Sequence record: PP895363.1
DNA: 64,000 nt
From: Klebsiella phage FKP3
Direction: 5' to 3' (one strand)
This document shows positions 57,554 to 64,000 of the stretch, in pieces. Numbering within the stretch: position 1 is the first letter of the stretch; each line of letters opens with the position of its first letter. The notes below the pieces were generated by a model. That model worked only from the letters and a program-made list of their open reading frames with translations, was not told the origin of the DNA and made no database searches. The translations under genes were made by a program, and so were the position numbers.

Positions 57554-57631
57554 TGGTCTCCGTAGAAAGATTTGAACTTTCGACCCCACCGCCCCAAACG
57601 GCATACTCTGACCAGGCTGAGCTACACGGAG
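57554..57631 (-). tRNA. tRNA-Pro(UGG)
   Basis: Anticodon loop TTTGGGG, T-loop TTCAAAT, perfect acceptor. Confidence 0.7.
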
Positions 57632-57716
57632 ATAATACTTTCGAGGAGATCTCACCCTATACAGCAAAACCGTATACTATCTGTCAGGGTTACTGTATAC
57701 TGTGCTCCTCTGAATT

Positions 57717-57792
57717 TGGCTGGGGATCTTGGAATCGAACCAAGTCGATGACGAGTTCAAAGCCCGTCGCCTTCCCATTTGGCTAATCCCCA
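57717..57792 (-). tRNA. tRNA-Gln(UUG)
   Basis: Anticodon loop CTTTGAA, T-arm CTTGG/CCAAG. Confidence 0.6.
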
Positions 57793-57799
57793 ATTAAAC

Positions 57800-57888
57800 T
57801 GGTATAGTGGACGGGATTCGAACCCGCAAGGTAGTTTCCTACTCTAGATTGAAAGTCTAGCTACTTCGACCGATTTGTATACCACTAT
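57800..57888 (-). tRNA. 89-nt tRNA with class-II-like variable hairpin (GTAG-GAAA-CTAC) but anticodon UUC (Glu)
   Basis: Perfect 7-bp acceptor, anticodon stem CTAGA/TCTAG with loop CTTTCAA, T-loop TTCGAAT. Confidence 0.5.
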
Positions 57889-58007
57889 ATAAAATTATTT
57901 AAAAAGGAATGCTAGAACTTGAAGGAGAAAACCATGAGCGAAAAGAGAAAGTTTTCTAACATTCCTGTCTAAATAATCTTGAAATAATCACTTTGTTCAA
58001 GAGTTGT

Positions 58008-58084
58008 TGGTGCGGGTGACAGGATTCGAACCTGCGACGAACTGGGTGGAAGCCAGACACTCTACCAGACTGAGTTACACACGC
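58008..58084 (-). tRNA. tRNA-Gly(UCC)
   Basis: Anticodon loop reads codon GGA; T-loop TTCGAAT. Confidence 0.6.
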
Positions 58085-58333
58085 ACTGATTAAGAACTCT
58101 ACAATATTACTCTACTACATTTTAATACTTATTGTCAAGTGTTAATTTAAAATTGTGAGACAGTGACGGATATCTCATAGATGACTAATCCTACGTCCGG
58201 CTTAAGCAAGGCGACGATATCGTACACCTTCTCGTCGATTGGCAGGAGCCGTTCCTCCTGAATTACTATCTAGCATCTGAGATGAAGACAGCCTCACCAA
58301 TCAACCTACTCCCAGTCACGGTTTCAGAACTTC

Positions 58334-58409
58334 TGGTGCTCCAAGTAGGTTTCGAACCCACGACCCCATGCTTACAAGGCAAGTGCTCTACCAACTGAGC
58401 TATTGAAGC
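58334..58409 (-). tRNA. tRNA-Thr(UGU)
   Basis: Anticodon loop CTTGTAA; T-loop TTCGAAA. Confidence 0.65.
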
Positions 58410-58626
58410 AAATAGTATTTTATTATTGAAAGGTATTCCACCATAATATCAAGGTTTGCCGATGCAGTAGTTCGGGAACTAGACAATGCCGCTTACGCGC
58501 TGGTTATCTCAATTCAAACCCACTGCAAACCGTGGTAGTTGAGGCCAGTTTCTTTTCCACTTGTTTCCACTTATAAGTCTTAACCAGACCGGGATACGGG
58601 CTTATAAGATCATCAATAATAAAATT

Positions 58627-58711
58627 TGGCGATGGATCAAGGATTTGAACCTTGCTGGAGATTTCTCTCACGGATTAACAGTCCGCCGCCCAACCACTAG
58701 GCCAATCCATC
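58627..58711 (-). tRNA. 85-nt tRNA with class-II-like variable hairpin (GAGA-GAAA-TCTC) but anticodon GUU (Asn)
   Basis: Perfect acceptor GATGGAT/ATCCATC, anticodon loop CTGTTAA, T-loop TTCAAAT. Confidence 0.5.
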
Positions 58712-58788
58712 ATTATTCTTTGTTAAGAGTAGGCGCGTATTCCGTCGCCTCGTGTTATTTTCTCCTGTTTCCAGGCTCCCTTTAGAGC

Positions 58789-58864
58789 AGCGGGCAGGGA
58801 GAATCGAACTCCCTTAGCATCTTTCAGCAAACCCGAAGGTCATTGTCTAGCCACGACCACCCGC
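58789..58864 (-). tRNA. tRNA-like gene without encoded CCA; anticodon arm irregular (possible 9-nt loop containing UUU)
   Basis: Good T-arm GGGAG-TTCGATT-CTCCC and acceptor GCGGGTG/TGCCCGC. Confidence 0.4.
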
Positions 58865-58901
58865 ACAGTTATGTGTACCTCTAAAGCTCTCTTAACTAAT
58901 C

Positions 58902-58984
58902 TGGTGTGGGTAGATGGATTCGAACCACCGCGCCTTTCGGATCTGATTTACAGTCAGGTGCATTCAGCCACTCTGCCATACCCA
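58902..58984 (-). tRNA. tRNA-Tyr(GUA), class II
   Basis: 83 nt, anticodon loop CTGTAAA, variable hairpin CC-GAAA-GG. Confidence 0.65.
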
Positions 58985-59059
58985 CATTATCTGGTGTGGT
59001 ACTTGTTACTGATTCTTCTGACGATACAGATACCTCTCATATAACTTTCCCACATTATC

Positions 59060-59136
59060 TGGTACGCCGGAAAGGATTCGAACCTTTATTCCTCTCGTTA
59101 AAAGCGAGATGCCTTATCCAGTTTAGCTACCGACGC
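59060..59136 (-). tRNA. tRNA-Lys(UUU)
   Basis: Perfect anticodon stem TCTCG/CGAGA, loop CTTTTAA. Confidence 0.7.
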
Positions 59137-59244
59137 ATAAATATTTTTTAAGATAGCAACCGCTTAACGATTGCTATAAGTTAAGGTTACTTTTAAACAA
59201 TAAATCAATCACCAATAACATCCTTGCTATCTTAAAAAACACTT

Positions 59245-59330
59245 TGGCGGAAGAGGGGAGGGTTGAACTCCCACGCCCTTTCGGACGGCAGTTTAGCAAA
59301 CTGCTATGGCTACCATTTCATCACTCTTCC
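59245..59330 (-). tRNA. tRNA-Ser(GCU), class II
   Basis: 86 nt, anticodon stem GCAGT/ACTGC, loop TTGCTAA. Confidence 0.7.
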
Positions 59331-59334
59331 TAAA

Positions 59335-59766
59335 TTAATTTCCTTTCGTTCTGTATTTGATGGCTCTTTTTTCAGGATCGTAGTTTTGTTTTCTTCTTTC
59401 CTGTTCGAGCAATCTTGCTTGTCTATATGCAACAGAACATTCTTCACAACGGCAACCTCTTTTTTGATACGCATAACTTGTACCGTGAACGATAGGTTTT
59501 TCAACCCTGTTTATTACCGTCCCAGTTTCACTTACACGTCTTGCTGCCGCAGAGTTACAGCTATGATGGCTATAACTAATATTCTCTAACCCAAAGAACA
59601 TCTTATCTGGTTCCTCTGAATATCTCCAAGGAACAATGTGTTCAATGCTATAATTGTCTTCGTTCATCTCTTTACCACAATGGTAACAAGAAGTTCTTCC
59701 TGTCTCGACAATCATTTGCCACATGAGTTTTCTTATCAGAATGTTTCGCGCTTTTCCCATCGACAT
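59335..59766 (-). CDS. HNH endonuclease embedded in the tRNA array (143 aa from ATG 59766)
   Basis: Zn-binding CYHCGKEM...SIEHIVPW...HHSCN HNH core; the track start at 59832 overlaps tRNA-Asp, so the internal Met with upstream purine-rich RBS is preferred. Confidence 0.7.
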   Translation of the reverse strand: MSMGKARNILIRKLMWQMIVETGRTSCYHCGKEMNEDNYSIEHIVPWRYSEEPDKMFFGLENISYSHHSCNSAAARRVSETGTVINRVEKPIVHGTSYAYQKRGCRCEECSVAYRQARLLEQERRKQNYDPEKRAIKYRTKGN

Positions 59767-59802
59767 ACCTAACTCGTCGCTCACGATACACTCCTTATAA
59801 AT

Positions 59803-59878
59803 TGGCGCGACTGACGATACTCGAACTCGCATTCTCTCCTGTGACAGGGGAGTACCATTACCTAGCCAGCCCCGCGAC
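59803..59878 (-). tRNA. tRNA-Asp(GUC); acceptor stem has 2 mismatches; flanked by direct repeat GCGCGACT
   Basis: Standard-position anticodon loop CTGTCAC, T-loop TTCGAGT, CCA encoded. Confidence 0.5.
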
Positions 59879-59884
59879 TATAAT

Positions 59885-59986
59885 TTATAAATCTGGTCGT
59901 TCATCTCTGTTAACTAAACGGATACCACCGTCAGATAAAACTTCAAGTTTTGAATATTGATAAACTACGACCTTGTTATCACTCAT
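59885..59986 (-). CDS. small ORF, 33 aa
   Basis: ATG with GGAGT RBS 6 nt upstream. Confidence 0.3.
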   Translation of the reverse strand: MSDNKVVVYQYSKLEVLSDGGIRLVNRDERPDL

Positions 59987-60028
59987 TGTTACTCCGGTTA
60001 ATACAAGCATTATAATCTCCTAAGTTTG

Positions 60029-60118
60029 TGGCGGAAGATAACGGAGTCGAACCATCACCATATCGCTACAGCGGGCTGGTTTTCAAGACCAGTTGCGTAC
60101 CGCTACGCCCTATCTTCC
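60029..60118 (-). tRNA. tRNA-Ser(UGA), class II
   Basis: 90 nt, perfect acceptor, anticodon stem CTGGT/ACCAG, loop CTTGAAA. Confidence 0.7.
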
Positions 60119-60194
60119 ACATCTATACTTACTACTCTATCATACTTTTCAATCAGTTGTCAAGAAAAACTTTCCACCTTTTTTGACAATTATT

Positions 60195-60269
60195 TGGTAG
60201 AGCCACTAGGAATCGAACCTAGACTGTAGAGTTAGAAGCTCCATTTGCTATCCATTACAACATAGCTCC
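60195..60269 (-). tRNA. tRNA-Arg(UCU)
   Basis: Anticodon loop CTTCTAA, T-arm CTAGG/CCTAG. Confidence 0.7.
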
Positions 60270-60296
60270 ATTTATTTAGGCCAACTATAACACACA

Positions 60297-60467
60297 CTAT
60301 TCGTTATTGTCAAGCTCTTTTTTAATTTCTTTTTTAGCTTTCTGACGTTCAGTAGCTTTACACACTTCTTGCCAAGAGTCGTACTCATCTCCTTTACGAT
60401 AGCCACGGCTACGACAAAGAGAACATAGACAACCTTCTTGACTATATTTCAAACCATGAGGTTTCAT
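60297..60467 (-). CDS. small Cys-rich protein, 56 aa (not in track)
   Basis: ATG 60467 after AAGGAA; CxC...C spacing. Confidence 0.4.
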   Translation of the reverse strand: MKPHGLKYSQEGCLCSLCRSRGYRKGDEYDSWQEVCKATERQKAKKEIKKELDNNE

Positions 60468-60475
60468 GAGTTTCC

Positions 60476-60727
60476 TTAGATTATCAGAGTTTTAAACTTA
60501 ATGCAAATGATTTTCTTCTTACCGCCTACATACTGCCAATGATGTATCTCCGCAGCTACTTCTAGGGAAGTTCCTACTTCACGGTAGGCGTGAGTGATTA
60601 CATCAATCCAGTATTCACAATCAGGCTGATAAATCATACTGTAGTGCTTATCAATCAACGTATTGATACCGCCGCAATCTCCAATTGTCTTACGCCACGG
60701 TGTACTCTTCATAACAAACTTTTCCAA
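60476..60727 (-). CDS. hypothetical protein, 83 aa
   Basis: ORF. Confidence 0.45.
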   Translation of the reverse strand: MEKFVMKSTPWRKTIGDCGGINTLIDKHYSMIYQPDCEYWIDVITHAYREVGTSLEVAAEIHHWQYVGGKKKIICIKFKTLII

Positions 60728-60849
60728 GTTTTATCAGGAATTTCTGATGGAGGAATCTTACCTTCTGTCTTGGCTTTATCGTCTACTGCTTTTTTAATAG
60801 CTTGAACCTGTGCCTCGGTTAAAGGGCCATCATCTTTTTCGTATGCCAT
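60709..60849 (-). CDS. small ORF, 46 aa
   Basis: ATG after AGGAGA. Confidence 0.3.
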   Translation of the reverse strand: MAYEKDDGPLTEAQVQAIKKAVDDKAKTEGKIPPSEIPDKTWKSLL

Positions 60850-61192
60850 TATATTTCTCCTATTTATTATCAAAACACATAAAGGAGGACAATGATCAGG
60901 TGACGTTTGCCAACGCCCTGCCGAAGTTTAGAGATGGTTGCAAATCATCCCCAACCGCATCACTGGTTTAAACTCACATGATCAGTGCTTGTTTCTGGAT
61001 ACTCACACGCCCATACGTGCAGACAGTTTTAACGCCAATCAATGCCTTTCTTTATATGTTCTGTATGGTTGACTGCTACAGGACTTGAACCTGTTTCTCT
61101 TCGCGCGGATTTACGTTGTACCAACATGTGAGGAATCGAACCTCTCCACTACCCTACCGAAGCGCATATACCTATCATGCTCATACAGTCAT

Positions 61193-61267
61193 TGGAGGAT
61201 GATATGGGATTTTAACCCATCTAATACTGTTTTGCAGACAGTCTCCTAGACACTCGGACAATCATCC
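61193..61267 (-). tRNA. tRNA-Cys(GCA), T-loop TTAAAAT atypical
   Basis: Perfect anticodon stem ACTGT/ACAGT with loop reading codon UGC; acceptor GGATGAT/ATCATCC. Confidence 0.6.
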
Positions 61268-61276
61268 CATTGAAAA

Positions 61277-61354
61277 TGGTGTGACTGGTGGGGCATGATC
61301 CCACATCATCTCCTTCACAGGGAGAAACGTTAACCAGCTTACGCTCACAGTCAC
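61277..61354 (-). tRNA. tRNA-His(GUG), T-loop sequence atypical
   Basis: Perfect anticodon stem TCTCC/GGAGA with loop reading codon CAC; perfect acceptor; extra 5' G possible. Confidence 0.6.
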
Positions 61355-61708
61355 CATTGATTTTGCAGTTGCTATTCTCCTTAAACACCGCACATACGGT
61401 ATTAAGCAGAATAACTTTCGTGCTGCTTCACGATGTGGAGTTCCCCACATTGAAGTTTGTTCACACTTGTCACAGTGCTTCTCTTCCGAGTAAACCACTC
61501 TCGTAGTTGCTGACAAACAACTCGTAAAATATATTCTCGTAAGAACATATATTGCGAGAGTTTGGCACCAGGAGGAGGAATCGAACACTCCTAATCAGGT
61601 CATGACTCCTGACTATCTCAAACCAAACACTGTTGTGTCGGCTATTGCATAATAGCGAGCGCTCACTCCTATGCAGACCTTCACCAGTGTCGAGATCCTG
61701 GTATTGTT

Positions 61709-61797
61709 TGGTGCGGGTAGTGGGAGTCGAACCCACAGGAGGAAACCCTCCGAGGGATTTTAAATCCCTTGCGTACTGCCAATACCGCCATACCCGC
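61709..61797 (-). tRNA. tRNA-Leu(UAA), class II
   Basis: 89 nt, anticodon stem AGGGA/TCCCT with loop TTTAAAA, variable hairpin GGAGG-AAAC-CCTCC. Confidence 0.7.
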
Positions 61798-61808
61798 ATT
61801 AAATTTAG

Positions 61809-61883
61809 TGACCCCCGGAGGATTCGAACCTACCTACCTCTCGATTATGAGTCGATTGCTCATACCTAATGAGCTTGAGGGCC
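61809..61883 (-). tRNA. tRNA with anticodon CAU (third CAU species: Met, fMet or Ile-lysidine), CCA not encoded
   Basis: D-stem CTCA/TGAG, anticodon loop CTCATAA, 7-bp acceptor GGCCCTC/GGGGGTC. Confidence 0.55.
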
Positions 61884-61929
61884 AAAGAAGTATTACTTTA
61901 ACATAAAATAATACTTCGTGTCAACACTT

Positions 61930-62205
61930 TTAAGCGAAATTTTTAAATTCTTCATCATCCTTGCGGCTAAGAAGAGCATAAATAAGTGCCAACACAGTTT
62001 CTTGACTACGAGGTAAACCCATCTCATCGAGAAGTAAATCTATGTTTAAAATCTCTTTATCTTTAGCTGCGTCTTCACGCAGAAGCAATGAACCGTCTGC
62101 TTGCTCTACAAACATGCTTTCAGGATTAAAAATAAAAAATGTATTTTCATCTTGATCCGTAATCAAATGCTTAAGTAGTCCACTAACATCAATCTGCTCT
62201 TCCAT
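61930..62205 (-). CDS. hypothetical acidic protein, 91 aa
   Basis: RBS AGAGGAGAAAATTATG in minus sense. Confidence 0.5.
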   Translation of the reverse strand: MEEQIDVSGLLKHLITDQDENTFFIFNPESMFVEQADGSLLLREDAAKDKEILNIDLLLDEMGLPRSQETVLALIYALLSRKDDEEFKNFA

Positions 62206-62257
62206 AATTTTCTCCTCTGTTTAGAATCTTATCAAAAGATTACAATGCTTGTCAATA

Positions 62258-62524
62258 CTAATTTGTATCTATTTCATCATCACCATTTGACATAGTTAAA
62301 AATAAATCTGTAATACCTTGATGTTGATATGCCCTTTCGGGGCTATCATCAAATGCCAAGCCTGTACAAATTGAACAAAGATCTGATTCCTGGATAAGAC
62401 CATTCTTATCTCGTTTGGAGTGATTCTTTAATAATCTATTACAGGCTCGACACCTAAAATAAAAGTTGTGTTGTTTCATAAAACCTTCGTGAACCCGATA
62501 GGGTGATAATCGGCTTCTCCTCAC
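62258..62524 (-). CDS. hypothetical Zn-finger-like protein, 88 aa
   Basis: CRACNRL...CSICTG. Confidence 0.5.
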   Translation of the reverse strand: MRRSRLSPYRVHEGFMKQHNFYFRCRACNRLLKNHSKRDKNGLIQESDLCSICTGLAFDDSPERAYQHQGITDLFLTMSNGDDEIDTN

Positions 62525-62557
62525 TTTTATCTTAACACGAAGGTTTCATTTCGTCAA

Positions 62558-64000
62558 CTATTTCACTTCAATCAAATGATTCATAACCTCTTTATCCAGA
62601 CGAGCACGGATATCGTTGAAATCTTCATCACGACCGTTCACCTGGGGAATTAATACATTCCCGTTACGGAAGATGGGTTGAAGCAGGTTATCTTCATCAT
62701 TAATCTCTTCAAACGAGATGTTATCCACTTGATGCAGGATACCATCTTTACGAACAACCTTGATGAATCCTTTCGCAGAGCGTTTACTTGGGTCTGTTTT
62801 CGGTTCTTTGCTCACCATGATTTCGTAATCGTCAATGAAGCAGCCAGTCGCTTTCACAGCCATACCAAAGGTATCACGAGTGTTAAACTGATAGGTGAAG
62901 CTACCAACGCCGAATACGATGTTTGAAGAAGCAAAACCCTTTTCTTTGAGACGTTTAAGAATTTCGATCTCACGCTCAACAGTGATAGAATCCCCGTAAA
63001 TCATGCCGATGTGAGTATCCAGCACTTTATAGCCTTTGCTGTTCACTTCACCACCAAAGATTTCCCACAATACTTGGATGGAACCTACAGCCTCATGGCG
63101 TGGAATCTGTTGACATTCTGCGTCAATAACCCAAGTCTGAGTCGTTAATGAATAACGGGGTTCAAAATAACCATTTTTTGTACTAACCAAAAGGTCTTCA
63201 ACTTCATATGGTTTAATGTTTTCCAGTTCTTCTTCACTAACAATGTTGTATCCCGCAACTACTTTAACCGGATCACCAGAATCAGGACGAACAACCAAAC
63301 GACCATTACGCATCATGATTTCTTCTTTCAGTTCCGGCAGAATACGAGTGAGCACAGCCCAGTAATCGTAAGAGTCTGCAACATAAGAGCAGAAACCTTC
63401 CGGCACAATGTCTCGGATGAAAGTCAGAAGGAATTCCTTCTCAGCCAGATAACGGAGGCCATCTACATCACCTGCTAAGTGAGGGAAATGCTCTTCCAGA
63501 TCTTTTACGATACGACTGATATTGGTAGTTGCAACAGAGTGTTCAGAAGCAGGGATACTACCAGCTACAAACTGATCATCATCAATACCATAGTATTCGT
63601 GGACAGCTTCAATACCCAAGATGTTATCTGTACCAGTGAACGACGCTAGGTGAGCGATGCCACTCTTATACCCGTCTTCTACGGTGGACAAACCACGCAG
63701 ACTGAAATCATGACACTGGAAGTTAACGTGATCCACGTTGTCACAGGTTGCCAGGGCGTAGGACATTGCCACACGCTTATACTGGAACGCAGCGGTTGCG
63801 TTGGTGATCGTTTTCCAGCTTTCGGTTGACATAAGTGTTTCGATGTAGTTAGTCACCCAGAAGAATTTCTCTACGGTGTTATGGATGGTATACACCGGAA
63901 TACCAATCGGTGACAGAATACCTTCCGGCAGAGCGCGGATTTCAACTGGCAGATAACCCAGATCGTGAAGTTCACCCCAACATTCTGCTGATGGTGCAGC
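62558..64000 (-). CDS. nadV: nicotinamide phosphoribosyltransferase (NAMPT/NadV-like), 5'-truncated by the window edge
   Basis: VADSYDYW motif and overall NAMPT-like sequence; frame remains open from the track's GTG 63895 to position 64000 with no stop. Confidence 0.8.
   Translation of the reverse strand, partial: AAPSAECWGELHDLGYLPVEIRALPEGILSPIGIPVYTIHNTVEKFFWVTNYIETLMSTESWKTITNATAAFQYKRVAMSYALATCDNVDHVNFQCHDFSLRGLSTVEDGYKSGIAHLASFTGTDNILGIEAVHEYYGIDDDQFVAGSIPASEHSVATTNISRIVKDLEEHFPHLAGDVDGLRYLAEKEFLLTFIRDIVPEGFCSYVADSYDYWAVLTRILPELKEEIMMRNGRLVVRPDSGDPVKVVAGYNIVSEEELENIKPYEVEDLLVSTKNGYFEPRYSLTTQTWVIDAECQQIPRHEAVGSIQVLWEIFGGEVNSKGYKVLDTHIGMIYGDSITVEREIEILKRLKEKGFASSNIVFGVGSFTYQFNTRDTFGMAVKATGCFIDDYEIMVSKEPKTDPSKRSAKGFIKVVRKDGILHQVDNISFEEINDEDNLLQPIFRNGNVLIPQVNGRDEDFNDIRARLDKEVMNHLIEVK

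Noticed and set aside
59767-59832. Upstream extension of the HNH ORF to the track start at 59832
   Set aside because: It overlaps tRNA-Asp. The internal ATG at 59766 has a purine-rich RBS region and gives a 143-aa HNH protein.
55866-61869. Many track ORFs inside the tRNA array (e.g. 55866-56123, 56593-56796, 56841-57023, 57027-57284, 57306-57518, 57553-57786, 58561-58785, 58906-59151, 59263-59589 +, 60026-60229, 61262-61588, 61288-61506, 61470-61799, 61633-61869)
   Set aside because: They overlap well-folded tRNA genes on either strand, lack RBSs and have odd composition. Considered spurious.

Overview
This 64-kb window looks like a contiguous slice of a low-GC tailed dsDNA phage genome (myovirus-like: sheath, tube, baseplate, tape measure), read entirely from sequence. 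Layout: (1) 1-23.7 kb, + strand, early/middle genes. These include a gene set resembling the bacterial Ter stress-response complex (TerC, TelA-like, vWA/TerY-like, TerD) together with a PRTase, a HAD-like hydrolase, a macro-domain protein and a SprT-like metalloprotease. Then come replication genes (T7 gp4-like primase-helicase, PolA-type DNA polymerase, SSB with an E. coli-like acidic tail), two AP2-domain homing-endonuclease-like genes and a CCA-adding-like nucleotidyltransferase. (2) 23.9-55.6 kb, - strand, late structural and packaging operon: tail fibers/spikes, baseplate, tape measure, chaperone pair, tube, sheath, neck, major capsid, protease/scaffold, portal, terminase large subunit and an overlapping Rz/Rz1 spanin pair. 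The terminase large subunit gene is interrupted twice, by a 158-aa mini-intein inside the Walker A P-loop and by a ~1.3-kb intron-like insert carrying an HNH homing endonuclease. (3) 55.7-61.9 kb, - strand tRNA array of about 26 tRNAs decoding all 20 amino acids, with an embedded HNH endonuclease gene, small ORFs and several tRNA-like remnants. (4) Window end: 5'-truncated nicotinamide phosphoribosyltransferase (NadV-like) gene. Other notable structure: an exact 1000-bp tandem duplication (6446-7445 = 7446-8445), each copy carrying a nested 127-bp tandem duplication that frameshifts a gene; two families of recurrent intergenic hairpins; sigma70-like promoter, hairpin, RBS arrangements upstream of terC and terD; and a GT-B glycosyltransferase gene broken by two homopolymer frameshifts. 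All tRNA anticodons were read by hand and need confirmation with tRNAscan-SE or ARAGORN.
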